DNA of 64,000 nt from Candidatus Woesearchaeota archaeon (GTDB lineage: Archaea > Nanobdellota > Nanobdellia > SCGC-AAA011-G17 > JAGVXY01), in assembly GCA_018303545.1 (NCBI GenBank), contig JAGVXY010000011.1:1466-65465 (forward strand). The letters run 5' to 3'. Every line of letters starts with the position of its first letter. Positions within the stretch are counted from its first letter, which is position 1. The translations under genes and the position numbers were made by a program. This document shows, piece by piece, positions 47,733 to 58,211 of this stretch. Under the pieces are notes generated by a model. The model worked only from the letters and a program-made list of their open reading frames with translations. It made no database searches and was not told the origin of the DNA.

Positions 47733-50666
47733 ATGAAAAAAAGAGCGCAGGTAACAATATATATTATCTTAGGCTTAGTTTTATTAGCAGTATTAGGTGC
47801 CTCAATTTTTATTCTTACAAGAATTGCAGAAACAAGGCAGGAAGCAGAACTAAGAGAGGTTATCACTGCTTCAGATAAAGAGGCCATTAACAATTACGTC
47901 CAAAACTGTTACATAAACATAACTTCTAAAGCCATAGAAAAAATTTATCTTCAAGGAGGCTATATTTCTCCAGATCAATCATATATTACTTCGTTTCATT
48001 CTTTAAATCTTACATGCCTTTACTGCTCAGATAAAAAGAATAGATTATTGACGATTCCCTTAATAGAGCAGCAGATAAATAATTTCATAAAAGACAATGG
48101 AGATTTCATTACCTGCTTGGATAATTTTAATGCTTTCAGAGAAACTAAAAATTGGAACATTACCGTTGAACCAATGAATGTAGATACAAAAATAACGGCA
48201 AAGAACATTCTTATCGTTCTTAATTATCCAATAACTTTACAAATAGGAGATAATAAAGACTCTATTACAGAATTTAAAACAGTTTTCCCTTATCGCTTAG
48301 GCGAAATCATAGATGCGGCAAGAGAACAATTGAACGTAATTCAGCAGGGCAAATATTACGATATTGGAAATTATATCAGAAGAAATTCAAACATCCTTAT
48401 TGAGGGCCAGTATTTTAACAAAGACTATGAGATGATGCAGTTCACAGCTTATAATCAGGAAGAACTGCCATTTACATTTGTTATTTACAATCCGATTCTA
48501 GACTGTATGTCTTTTAGCGAAAATCCATTTACAATAATTGACAACTGCAAGAAGAACTCTCAAAGTAATACTTGTTGCGTAAGCTCTCGCGGGCAGTGCT
48601 ATGAGAATCCAACGCACTGCGACACAGAAATAACTTCTCAAAGTTGCGAATCGATACCCTCGTGCCATATAGGCTGCTGCAATATGAATAATATTTTCGA
48701 TATATCCAATTTTAATGAATGCCAATCAGAAGCATTAAAGCTTAACATTCAAGCTGAATTTAGTTCTTTCGGAACTTCATTGTTAAGCTATGCCCCAGCA
48801 GAAAAAATATCTGGCTGTAGATTGAATTTAGATAATGAGGGCTGCTGCATCACAGACAGCATTTGCGAAAGGACTTCAGAAGAAGCATGTATAGCAAAAT
48901 CAGGTAATTTTAATCTAGGATTATGTTCTTCAATTTTAGAGTGCAATTGCGCAAAAACAAATAATCAGGGTTGCGGTCCAGACAACAATGTTTATTCTCT
49001 TGATGAATGCGGCAACTATGATGAAAAAATAAAAATTTGCGAAATGCCAAATTCAAAATGTAAAATTGAACTAGGTCAGGCGACTTGTGTTTACACTTCC
49101 TGTGACCTCCAAGTAAAAGATGATTATCAATTAGATAACATTTATCATTTGGAAAATGGCCAGAGTCTATGTGCTCAATATCTTGCACCAGGAGAGCAGC
49201 ACTATATTGCTATTTGTGAAAACGGAGAAATTAAATCAGAAGGTATGGGTTCGGATCGTGAAGGTATCTGTCAGGGCGGTGAAGGAAAAACTTTAAGGGT
49301 AGACAATCATTATGAAAATTGCATGTCTTGCGGTTCTCCTGCAAATGATGAAGATTGGCAGTTATTTATTCCTGAAAGAACGACAACTTCTATTTGTACT
49401 AGAAGTTCCTGTTTAGATGCAGGGGATTGTATCATAAATTCTTCATTTGATAATTATCTAATAGGTAATACAAAATGCTATCCTAAATATCCCCCAGGGA
49501 ATAATTTAGCCTGTTCTGAGTGTGGTTTTAATGCAGATGCAAACGCAGACATGTGTGAGAAAGATGAATGTATAAGGCAAGGTTGGTGCGAGGCAATTCC
49601 TTCTGAAACTCAGAATCTCGCCATCTTTGACAGAAAAACTCCAGGATTATGTTTAGCAACCTCAATGGCTTCAGTCGATTTTGGTTCATCCTTATTATCC
49701 CAGTATTGCACTTCTTCAATAAACGAATGGATGCTTTATGAATCAATAAGACATCCAACAGTTTTGCAAGGTTTTGATGAATTCAAAAATGAAATATTCA
49801 ATAAACTCTATCAATGCAACATCGCAGAAAATCCAACATTAAATCAATGTGATTTATGCGCCAATTCAGGGGATATCTTTAAAGATCGCAAATGTACATC
49901 TGAAAAATGTTCTTTTTTGGGCCAGGGTTGCCACTTTGAATTTAATTTAAGCTATGGAACTTGCACATTATTGCCTGAATTTAGCATAGACAAGACTGCC
50001 CCTGAAATAACAATCGCGAATCCTTTAGAAGAATCAGAAATAAATTGGAATGCAAAGACCTTTCAATTGAACCTCAACACAAATGAGCCCTCTCAGTGCA
50101 GATATTTAGAAAGCGGAGACGCAGAATGGCCAAACATGATTCCGATTCAAGGCAGTGAATTAAAAATAGTTCACGCTGCTGTTCCAACAATTCCAATGTA
50201 CTTTCCGACAGAAGACAAACAGTATATGTATTACTGGATAAGATGTCGTGATGCATCGGGAAATGAAAATCTAAAAACGTTGACCTTAGCCACAATACCC
50301 AAACAGGAAAGCGAAGAGCCAAATATTTTGTTTGTTAATCTTCAAGGAAAAATAATTACAAGTACAAGTTTTGTAAACTTATTAGTTGTTTCAGATACAG
50401 CAACAGACTGTAAATACCAAGAAGTTACTTCAGAAGTTTTTTCAGACAACTTTGAACCAATATTGGGCAAATATGATTATTCTACATTAAGCAACAGTAT
50501 GCAAAGCTGCACAACAAAAGCTGGAAGCTGGGAATGCTCCGAATTTATTCCTCCTCCGTCTTTAGGGCCCCATTATTTTATAGTGCAGTGCAAGAATGAT
50601 TATGGTTTATACAGCGAAAAAGTACCTGTTGTTTTCACGGTTGTTTCTGAAATACTAAAATCGTGA
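47733..50666 (+). CDS. Large (977 aa) Cys-rich protein with N-terminal signal-anchor helix (type II-like membrane or secreted)
   Basis: N-terminal hydrophobic stretch VTIYIILGLVLLAVLGASIFIL. Numerous Cys. No recognised catalytic motif. Confidence 0.5.
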   Translation: MKKRAQVTIYIILGLVLLAVLGASIFILTRIAETRQEAELREVITASDKEAINNYVQNCYINITSKAIEKIYLQGGYISPDQSYITSFHSLNLTCLYCSDKKNRLLTIPLIEQQINNFIKDNGDFITCLDNFNAFRETKNWNITVEPMNVDTKITAKNILIVLNYPITLQIGDNKDSITEFKTVFPYRLGEIIDAAREQLNVIQQGKYYDIGNYIRRNSNILIEGQYFNKDYEMMQFTAYNQEELPFTFVIYNPILDCMSFSENPFTIIDNCKKNSQSNTCCVSSRGQCYENPTHCDTEITSQSCESIPSCHIGCCNMNNIFDISNFNECQSEALKLNIQAEFSSFGTSLLSYAPAEKISGCRLNLDNEGCCITDSICERTSEEACIAKSGNFNLGLCSSILECNCAKTNNQGCGPDNNVYSLDECGNYDEKIKICEMPNSKCKIELGQATCVYTSCDLQVKDDYQLDNIYHLENGQSLCAQYLAPGEQHYIAICENGEIKSEGMGSDREGICQGGEGKTLRVDNHYENCMSCGSPANDEDWQLFIPERTTTSICTRSSCLDAGDCIINSSFDNYLIGNTKCYPKYPPGNNLACSECGFNADANADMCEKDECIRQGWCEAIPSETQNLAIFDRKTPGLCLATSMASVDFGSSLLSQYCTSSINEWMLYESIRHPTVLQGFDEFKNEIFNKLYQCNIAENPTLNQCDLCANSGDIFKDRKCTSEKCSFLGQGCHFEFNLSYGTCTLLPEFSIDKTAPEITIANPLEESEINWNAKTFQLNLNTNEPSQCRYLESGDAEWPNMIPIQGSELKIVHAAVPTIPMYFPTEDKQYMYYWIRCRDASGNENLKTLTLATIPKQESEEPNILFVNLQGKIITSTSFVNLLVVSDTATDCKYQEVTSEVFSDNFEPILGKYDYSTLSNSMQSCTTKAGSWECSEFIPPPSLGPHYFIVQCKNDYGLYSEKVPVVFTVVSEILKS

Positions 50667-50895
50667 CTTTGACCGATAAAAGACAGATTCTATCAAAAAA
50701 GATATAAACAAGCTATGATAATAATGAACTAGAAATGTCAGGGGTATATCCCGTCAGAATAGGTCAATAGTTTGATTGACCCGACAGAAGGCATCTTCAA
50801 AGAGGCCAAAAAATCAGAGCAGCCTTAATACAGGTAATTTTTTATTTTTATAAACAAAAAGGATTAAATATTAGTCAGTATGCCTTGAAAGAAAA

Positions 50896-52188
50896 ATGGC
50901 GCAACTTTGCTTTATCGGCGGTATGCAGTGGGGTTATGAATGCAAAGGTAAGATTATAGATTTTTTCTCAGGCAATTTCGATCTTGCTGCAAAATATGGC
51001 CATGGTCACGACTCAAGACACAACTGCCAGATCAATGGCAAGCATTACGTATACAGCATGCTTCCGCTTGCTACAGTCAGAGGCATTGAATCGCTTATAC
51101 TTCCAAGCTCTTTTGTTGAGCTAAATGTTCTCATCAATGAAGCAGGTTCAATGCCTGGAATCAAATTTACCGTTGATGAACGCTGCTGCGTCGTTATGGA
51201 TTATCACATACAGATTGACGCTGAAAGGCGTATGATCCATATGAAACCAAAATTCAACTCAAAAGATGATGGCATAGGCCCTGCATTCGAAAGTTTTCAG
51301 TCAGGAGATTATATTTCCGTTGGAGATTTGCTTAACAGAGAATCTTTGAAAATAAAATACGAAACCAACCTAGAGAAATATTGCCCGTACTTGGCGAGCA
51401 TGGGCAGTGGATTCTTCAGGGTAGCATCATTAAAAGAAAATATGAGAAAATCAATTGAAGAGTATCTCAAAAAAGGAGAAATTCTAAGGAAACATATAGG
51501 CACCACAAATGGTATTATTAAAAGAGCATTGCTTGAAGATAAAGATATTATTTTTGAAGGTTCATACGGTACACTTCTAGATCCATTGTTTGGTCTAAAT
51601 CCCGACAGGACGCATTCTTCAACTATGGCGGTCAAAGCCCTTGAATGTGCAGGTCTTCCTCCGCAAAAGATGCACAAGATTGGTGTGACAAAAGCCTACA
51701 TGTCTCGCAATGCCGTATCGCCATTCCCTACAAAGATTGACGACATAGAAATCTTAAAAAGAATAATTCAGCAGGGCGATGAGCAGAATTCGGATCCTTG
51801 GGTGCCAAAAGAGCGAGAGGTTGGATGGCTAGATTTTGTGCTGTTTAATTTTGCAGATTCTCTTAACCAATATGACGAAATCGCACTTACAAAGCTAGAT
51901 GCTTTAGCAGGATTAAATGAAATTAAAATCTGTATTGCTTACAGAGATGGCAATGGAAGATTCATCAACGAAATAGATTCGATGGGGCAGCTTATAGGTG
52001 CCGAACCAGTATACGAGACCTTTGAAGGTTTCCCCAAAATAGAAAACATTCATAGATTCAAAGATTTGCATCCAAATGCAAGAAAACTAGTTGATAGGAT
52101 AAGTGATCTGACTAATGATCGCTTAAGTCTTATTTCTATAGGTATCTTCTTAGGGTCAGCTTTCCCGGAAGTCTTTTTCATCACATAG
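50896..52188 (+). CDS. purA: Adenylosuccinate synthetase-like protein (divergent)
   Basis: GGMQWGYECKGKIID aligns with AdSS GGQWGDEGKGKIVD. LTKLDAL aligns with TKLDVL. 430 aa. Confidence 0.55.
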   Translation: MAQLCFIGGMQWGYECKGKIIDFFSGNFDLAAKYGHGHDSRHNCQINGKHYVYSMLPLATVRGIESLILPSSFVELNVLINEAGSMPGIKFTVDERCCVVMDYHIQIDAERRMIHMKPKFNSKDDGIGPAFESFQSGDYISVGDLLNRESLKIKYETNLEKYCPYLASMGSGFFRVASLKENMRKSIEEYLKKGEILRKHIGTTNGIIKRALLEDKDIIFEGSYGTLLDPLFGLNPDRTHSSTMAVKALECAGLPPQKMHKIGVTKAYMSRNAVSPFPTKIDDIEILKRIIQQGDEQNSDPWVPKEREVGWLDFVLFNFADSLNQYDEIALTKLDALAGLNEIKICIAYRDGNGRFINEIDSMGQLIGAEPVYETFEGFPKIENIHRFKDLHPNARKLVDRISDLTNDRLSLISIGIFLGSAFPEVFFIT

Positions 52189-53477
52189 CCGACAACGAAA
52201 TTCAGCGCTTCGTGCCTTCCGTTCTTGTAATCCTCAACAGCTTTTGGATTGGAGCCAATAGCTTCTCTGGCAAACCTTTCTAATTCAGAACTATCAGATA
52301 CTGCTTCCAAACCTTTTTTCTTTACAAATTCTTCAGGTGAAACGTCCTTCTTAACAATTAAGAATAAAATATCCTTCGCAACTTTATCGGTAATCTTACC
52401 TGAGCAAAATAAATTCAATAATTTAATAATTTTTTTATGGTCAATCTCAGTCATTGTTTTATTATTTTCAGCCAAGGCACTCAGCAAGTCTCTTCTTATC
52501 CACTTGGCAGCAATCTTGCAATCAACTTCTTCAGCAACCATCTCGAAAAACTCAGCTAGATACTTTTCGGAAGCCAAAACTTCAGCATCTTCTTTATCTA
52601 AGTGATATTTTTTGACAAATCTTAAAATTTTTTCATCAGGCATCTCCGGTAATTTAATATTTTCATCAATATCATAAACACATAAGTCCGGATCAAATAT
52701 GTAACCATAATCCTCTTCTGTTTCTTTGCCCCTCGATAAAAAAGTTATCCCTTTTTCAGCATCCCATCCCCTCGTCTCTTGTTTCAGCTTCATTCCTTCA
52801 TTTAGCTCTTTCCTTTGTCTCAGTATTTCATATTCTATCGTTTTTTCAATTTCTTTGAAGCCAGTAACATTTTTGACTTCCGCTCTCACATAGCCGCTCT
52901 CTCTAACAGAAACATTGACATCTGCTTTAACAACCCCTCCAGAATATATTTCCAAATATCCCAAAAATGTTTTTAATTTTTTCATGAACTCCCTTGCTTG
53001 CGCAGCAGATTGTATCTCTGGTTCTGTGACTATTTCTAGCAGAGGTATTCCTGATCGATTATAATCTATCAAGGTAAACTCAGATTTTTGCAGGCCTTTT
53101 GGATGTACTAAAGCTCCAGGATCTTCTTCTAAGTGTATTCTGGTTATCGTAACGTCATTTTCTTTCAATTTAATTTTACCATTAAAACCAATAGGTACCT
53201 CATACTGCGTTATCTGATAATTTTTAGCCAAATCAGGATAAAAATAAGTTTTTCTTGAAAAAAATATTTTTTTGTTGAGTTTGCATCCCAAGACTTTTGC
53301 CATTTTGACAGCATATTCTAAAGCTTTTGAATTTAGCACAGGTTTAGCTCCAGGGTATCCTAAACAAACAGGGCAAGTTCTTGTATTGGGCTCATCATTT
53401 CCATTAACTGCACAGCCGCAGAATAATTTGCTTTTAGTATTTAGCTGAACGTGAATTTCAAGTCCTATCTTTATCAT
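52050..53477 (-). CDS. gatB: Asp/Glu-tRNA(Asn/Gln) amidotransferase subunit B
   Basis: N-terminus MIKIGLEIHVQLNTKSKLFCGC... and C-terminal YqeY-like ...GYVMKKTSGKADPK... are classic GatB. Confidence 0.85.
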   Translation of the reverse strand: MIKIGLEIHVQLNTKSKLFCGCAVNGNDEPNTRTCPVCLGYPGAKPVLNSKALEYAVKMAKVLGCKLNKKIFFSRKTYFYPDLAKNYQITQYEVPIGFNGKIKLKENDVTITRIHLEEDPGALVHPKGLQKSEFTLIDYNRSGIPLLEIVTEPEIQSAAQAREFMKKLKTFLGYLEIYSGGVVKADVNVSVRESGYVRAEVKNVTGFKEIEKTIEYEILRQRKELNEGMKLKQETRGWDAEKGITFLSRGKETEEDYGYIFDPDLCVYDIDENIKLPEMPDEKILRFVKKYHLDKEDAEVLASEKYLAEFFEMVAEEVDCKIAAKWIRRDLLSALAENNKTMTEIDHKKIIKLLNLFCSGKITDKVAKDILFLIVKKDVSPEEFVKKKGLEAVSDSSELERFAREAIGSNPKAVEDYKNGRHEALNFVVGYVMKKTSGKADPKKIPIEIRLKRSLVRSLILSTSFLAFGCKSLNL

Positions 53478-54700
53478 TCTAATTCCCTCGCAATTCTAAA
53501 CAGATTTCTTTCATGGAAATGATCTGCAGTAAACATTACTCCTACAGGTAGGTCTCGAGTAAATCCCGCATTTACAGAAATATGGGGTAGCCCTGCTAAA
53601 TTTGGTCCTACAGTTAGAATGTCCATTGCGTAATTTTGCATGGGAGTAAGTTTTTCAATTTCAGAAATCTTAGGAGGTAGCACAGGCATTGTGGGGCATA
53701 ATATTATTTGATATTTTTTAAACACCTGCTTATATTCATTAATTAATAATTTTCTAACTTTCAAAGCCTTTATATAATACGCATCTCTATAACCAGCCAT
53801 TCTTATGAAAGTTCCCAGCATTAATCTTCTTTTAGTCTCTTTTCCAAAATTCATAGACCTTATTTTGGTAAAATATTCATTGAAATTTCCTTCTATCTTT
53901 TCCTGGGTCCCATATCTCAATCCGCAATACTTCGCCAAGTTAGTAGAGGTCTCAGCCATCGCAATAATATAATATACGGCCAGGGCATATTTTTTATTCA
54001 AGGGCAAATCAATATTTTCACAGACATACCCCTTAGATTTTAATTTCCTCACCGTCTCATCAATTTTAAGCTGCACATCGTTCTCAACACCCTCTAATCT
54101 CTTTAAAACCGCAATTCTAATTTTTTTATCTTCAAAATCATCAGCTGAAACAGACGTCGAATCATTCTCATCTTTTCCTTTTATTATGTGATATATCTTT
54201 TCAGTTTCTTCTATTGTCTTAGACATCACCCCAATTTTATCTAAAGAGTTTGCATAATCTATTAGACCATATCTTGATACTCTCCCGTATGTCGGACATA
54301 AGCCAATTACTCCGCAGAAAGCGGCGGGACAAACTATAGATCCGCCAGTAGATTCTGCCAAGGCAGGCATCGAATACTTTTGCACTACTGCCGCTGAACC
54401 ACCAGAGCTCCCCCCACAGGTTCTTTGCTTATCAAACGGATTCTTGGGTATTTCATAGCCCGTTCCCACATTCAAATTAAAGCTTCCATACCCAAACTCA
54501 TCTTGTATAGTCTTTCCAGCAATATCATAACCTTTTTCTTTTAATTTTTTTACAGCCGTTGCATCAAACACAGGCCTATATCCCTTAAGGATTGCAGAAC
54601 TGCAAGTCGTTTCCATATCCTTTACGCATATGCAATCCTTGATGGCAATAGGTTTTCCCTTCAGCTTTTTATTTTCAGCAGTAAAATATTCTTTGGTCAT
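53474..54700 (-). CDS. gatA: Glu/Asp-tRNA amidotransferase subunit A (amidase signature family)
   Basis: GGSSGGSAAVV amidase signature. Sits between gatC and gatB with start/stop overlaps. Confidence 0.75.
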   Translation of the reverse strand: MTKEYFTAENKKLKGKPIAIKDCICVKDMETTCSSAILKGYRPVFDATAVKKLKEKGYDIAGKTIQDEFGYGSFNLNVGTGYEIPKNPFDKQRTCGGSSGGSAAVVQKYSMPALAESTGGSIVCPAAFCGVIGLCPTYGRVSRYGLIDYANSLDKIGVMSKTIEETEKIYHIIKGKDENDSTSVSADDFEDKKIRIAVLKRLEGVENDVQLKIDETVRKLKSKGYVCENIDLPLNKKYALAVYYIIAMAETSTNLAKYCGLRYGTQEKIEGNFNEYFTKIRSMNFGKETKRRLMLGTFIRMAGYRDAYYIKALKVRKLLINEYKQVFKKYQIILCPTMPVLPPKISEIEKLTPMQNYAMDILTVGPNLAGLPHISVNAGFTRDLPVGVMFTADHFHERNLFRIARELE

Positions 54701-54975
54701 ATTACTCTCGGCCCCTTAATATATCCATCTTTGTTATTTTTAGAATTTTTCAAAACATCCTCTTGACTCAAAGAGCTTTCAATCTTATCTTCTCTCAACC
54801 TATTCCTTATTTCTACGGGATGGAATGCCATCTCAACATTCTCAGTTTTTACATTTGAAATCTTATCAAATAATTCTAAAATCTCATCAAATTCATTTGA
54901 AAATAAGTTAATCTCATTTTCAGTAAGTTTTAATCTAGCAATCTTTGCAACTTTTATTACAATCTCTTTATCCAT
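54697..54975 (-). CDS. gatC: Glu/Asp-tRNA amidotransferase subunit C
   Basis: 92 aa. Position upstream of gatA in the gatCAB arrangement. Confidence 0.65.
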   Translation of the reverse strand: MDKEIVIKVAKIARLKLTENEINLFSNEFDEILELFDKISNVKTENVEMAFHPVEIRNRLREDKIESSLSQEDVLKNSKNNKDGYIKGPRVI

Positions 54976-55021
54976 TAAGAAAACTAAAAGATATAAAGAA
55001 TTTATATAGATTATTGTTTAT

Positions 55022-55834
55022 TCAATTGAAAATCTCTTCGTAACCTTTAAATTCCAATTTAATATATTCATTACTGGCATTTTCACAAGTTTTTTTTATA
55101 CAATCTAGTTCGTTTCTACCGATATAATTTTCACCAACGAGTATAAATCTTATCTCATCAGTACTAAAATTTAATTTTACATAATCCCTTTTAACAATTA
55201 ATTTTCTGCCCAATTCAGTAGGATAATATTCCATAACTCCAAATGGGCTGGCAATCTTACACTTAAATATTCCGTCAGGGTGTACATTTAAAAAATTATA
55301 AAGAAAACCCAGCATTGCAGTGAGATCTGATCTCGAGGGAAATGCAATTCCCATCTGCCATATTTTTTTTGCATTATTACCAAAAAATTTTTCTCCAAAA
55401 CTCATCAATGAATTCATCAATGCAGGGTCATCAGGATGAAAATGATACATAAAAATTTGGTCATTTTCATTTATTATTTTTTTGTAAAGTTCAAGATTAG
55501 TGCTCATTCCACGCACATTTACATAATTCATGTGTTCCACACCCGTTTCGATCCATAAGTTTTTCTTAGGCAAAAAGGCAAATGCTTCTTCATCAAATCC
55601 CTTATTAAAAAATGCGCAGGATTCTTTGTTTACCAACGCACTTAAATCTATAATGCCTTTACGTTCATCTTGTTTAACTATATAATAACAGCAATCATCT
55701 AAATTGACTCTTAACTGATGGGTGTATTTTGGAACTTCCTTCACCGAAAAATAAATTTCATCTTTAAGTTTTATATTTACACAGGAAAACATAGAAGCAA
55801 CTATTGCCAATAATGCAATGTTTTTTAATTTCAT
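55022..55834 (-). CDS. Secreted hypothetical protein (paralog of the next gene)
   Basis: Signal peptide. Shares ...NLW(I/V)ETG... and ...(A/C)(S/E)(N/D)EY(I/V)...(F/Y)EE(I/L) segments with 55831..56721. Confidence 0.4.
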   Translation of the reverse strand: MKLKNIALLAIVASMFSCVNIKLKDEIYFSVKEVPKYTHQLRVNLDDCCYYIVKQDERKGIIDLSALVNKESCAFFNKGFDEEAFAFLPKKNLWIETGVEHMNYVNVRGMSTNLELYKKIINENDQIFMYHFHPDDPALMNSLMSFGEKFFGNNAKKIWQMGIAFPSRSDLTAMLGFLYNFLNVHPDGIFKCKIASPFGVMEYYPTELGRKLIVKRDYVKLNFSTDEIRFILVGENYIGRNELDCIKKTCENASNEYIKLEFKGYEEIFN

Positions 55835-56721
55835 AATCCTAATTCTTCGTACGTTTTAAAGCTAAATTGTACATATTCATCACTTGCAATTTCACATGCA
55901 GCCTTTAATGCCCTTTCAGAATTTCCAAAATATTGTGAAAAATCAAAATTTTTAAGATTCCAGATATTTGGCAAGAACTGATTCAAATCCCCTTCTAATT
56001 TCATTCCCTTAAGCTTACATTCAAAGACACCATAAACATTGCATATTTTCTGTGTCAAATTTCCTTCAGGCCACATCTCTCTAAATATTGATGCTCTATT
56101 CAACATAGACGCTATTACTTGCCCATTAGGAAGATTGTATCTCATTTCCCATTCAAACTTAATTTTCTCAAGATTTCCTTCGGGATCAAGCCCAATTCCA
56201 ATAGCTTGATTCAAAGAAGGTCTTGGATCAGGTAAAAAACTATACACATTAGCTTCAGAATTAACAGTAAGCAAACTTTCAAGTCGGTCTGAATTTATTA
56301 GTTCTGTTCCTGTTATGTTTGGAGGAGCACCAAAAATCATATCTCTCATATTAAACCATAAGTCATAAGTCTTTTCCATACCACCTGTTTCAACCCACAA
56401 ATTCTGCGATGAAATGTAAACCCAAGACTCAAGATTCAATGATTTTCTAGCAAGTTCTCTAATATCTGCTATTCCTTCAAGTTCATTTTTATTGACAACA
56501 GCATAATATTTTGGTTTATAGTCCTCAGATTCGTAACATACCTCTAATTTTTCAAATTTTTTCGGCTGTAATCCAATTTCAGATACAAAAACAATAGTTT
56601 TTTCTAGGCCTGGGGCATTAGGTTTGAAAAAATTAAAATTAAAATTACCCACCTGAGTAATAAATAAAATCCACCCTGTAAGCCCACTAAGAACTATTAA
56701 TTTTTCATTCCAATTCATCAT
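55831..56721 (-). CDS. Hypothetical membrane-anchored or secreted protein (paralog of the previous gene)
   Basis: N-terminal hydrophobic helix. Tandem paralogy with a 4-nt overlap. Confidence 0.4.
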   Translation of the reverse strand: MMNWNEKLIVLSGLTGWILFITQVGNFNFNFFKPNAPGLEKTIVFVSEIGLQPKKFEKLEVCYESEDYKPKYYAVVNKNELEGIADIRELARKSLNLESWVYISSQNLWVETGGMEKTYDLWFNMRDMIFGAPPNITGTELINSDRLESLLTVNSEANVYSFLPDPRPSLNQAIGIGLDPEGNLEKIKFEWEMRYNLPNGQVIASMLNRASIFREMWPEGNLTQKICNVYGVFECKLKGMKLEGDLNQFLPNIWNLKNFDFSQYFGNSERALKAACEIASDEYVQFSFKTYEELGL

Positions 56722-56816
56722 AAATATGCTTAAATATAGCTAATTAATAAAGCTTATGTTTGTTTTAGAACTTGGAATAGAAATTTATTTAAGCCCGATT
56801 CATTTTAAGAAAAGAA

Positions 56817-58211
56817 ATGAAAGATAAATTGAAAAAAATTAATGATACCGAATGGATTCTTTCCAAGGAATTAAGAGAAGGAATGAATGTAGACGCTCAT
56901 ATCATAGCGAATGATTTAGTCATGAAACAAATGGAAAATGCTGCAATTGAGCAGTTAACCAATGTTGCAATGCTTCCCGGAGTCATCAATTCTATTTGGG
57001 GCATGCCTGATATGCACTGGGGTTATGGTCTACCCATGGGGGCCGTAGGTGCATTTGATGAGCATGAAGGAATCATTTCTTCTGGCCTTACAGGCTTTGA
57101 TATAAATTGTGGAATCAATCTCATCAATACGAATTTAAAATATTCCGAGGTTCAGAAAAAATTGAAAGAGTTGATTCCTGCGCTATTCAAAAATATTCCT
57201 TGCGGTGTCGGCTCAAAAGGAAAATTAAGGGTCAATGATATTCATGATGTTTTAGTCAACGGAGTAGACTGGGCCATTGAGCAGGGTTACGGAGTTAAGA
57301 AAGATAAAGTGCGCACAGAAGAACTAGGCAGAATGGACGGCGCCGATCCTTTAAAAGTTTCTGAAACTGCAAAGAAAAGAGGAAAGCCCCAGCTAGGTAC
57401 GTTAGGTGCAGGCAATCATTTTTTAGAGGTTCAGAGAGTCTCAGATATTTTAGATTCTAAATTTGCTAAAAAATATGAATTAGAAAAAGATAATGCTATG
57501 ATTATGTTACATTGCGGTTCAAGGGGTTTGGGTCATGAAATCGCATCAGATTATTTAAAAATCCATGAAGAAGCTGCAAAGAAATATAAAATAAAATTAC
57601 CTGATCCTCAATTAGTTTGTGCTCCGGCCCAATCTAAAGAAGGCCAAGATTATTTTGCAGCTATGAAATGTGCCGTGAATTATGCATTTGCAAATAGGCT
57701 AGTAATGACTCAATGGATAAGGGAAACCTTCGAACAAATTTTTAAAAAAGAATGGGAGTCGATGAATATGCATACAGTCTATGCAATAGCGCACAATATC
57801 TGCAAATTAGAAAACTTTAAGATTGATGGAAAAAAGAAGAAAATTTATATTCATAGAAAGGGCGCCACAAGGAGTTATCCTGATACGCCCGTTATTATAG
57901 CAGGTTCGATGGGTACTGCTTCATATTTATTAAAAGGCACTGAAGAAGCTGAAAGAACTTTTTATTCTTCTTGTCATGGCGCCGGTAGAGTGATGTCTAG
58001 AAATCAGGCAATTTCTCAATTTAAGGGCAATGAAATTAAAAGAAAATTAGCTGAAGAAGGCAGGATTGTCCAGTCAACAAGCCCCGAAGTTCTAGCCGAG
58101 GAAGCACCGGAAGCCTACAAAGATGTTGATGAGGTAGTCGATTCTGTGCACAATGCCAAGATTTCTCTAAGAGTCGCAAGAATGGTTCCTATGGGAACCG
58201 TAAAAGGCTAA
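56817..58211 (+). CDS. rtcB: RNA-splicing ligase RtcB
   Basis: ...GFDINCG..., GAGNHFLEVQ, and C-terminal HGAGR motifs. 464 aa. Confidence 0.85.
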   Translation: MKDKLKKINDTEWILSKELREGMNVDAHIIANDLVMKQMENAAIEQLTNVAMLPGVINSIWGMPDMHWGYGLPMGAVGAFDEHEGIISSGLTGFDINCGINLINTNLKYSEVQKKLKELIPALFKNIPCGVGSKGKLRVNDIHDVLVNGVDWAIEQGYGVKKDKVRTEELGRMDGADPLKVSETAKKRGKPQLGTLGAGNHFLEVQRVSDILDSKFAKKYELEKDNAMIMLHCGSRGLGHEIASDYLKIHEEAAKKYKIKLPDPQLVCAPAQSKEGQDYFAAMKCAVNYAFANRLVMTQWIRETFEQIFKKEWESMNMHTVYAIAHNICKLENFKIDGKKKKIYIHRKGATRSYPDTPVIIAGSMGTASYLLKGTEEAERTFYSSCHGAGRVMSRNQAISQFKGNEIKRKLAEEGRIVQSTSPEVLAEEAPEAYKDVDEVVDSVHNAKISLRVARMVPMGTVKG

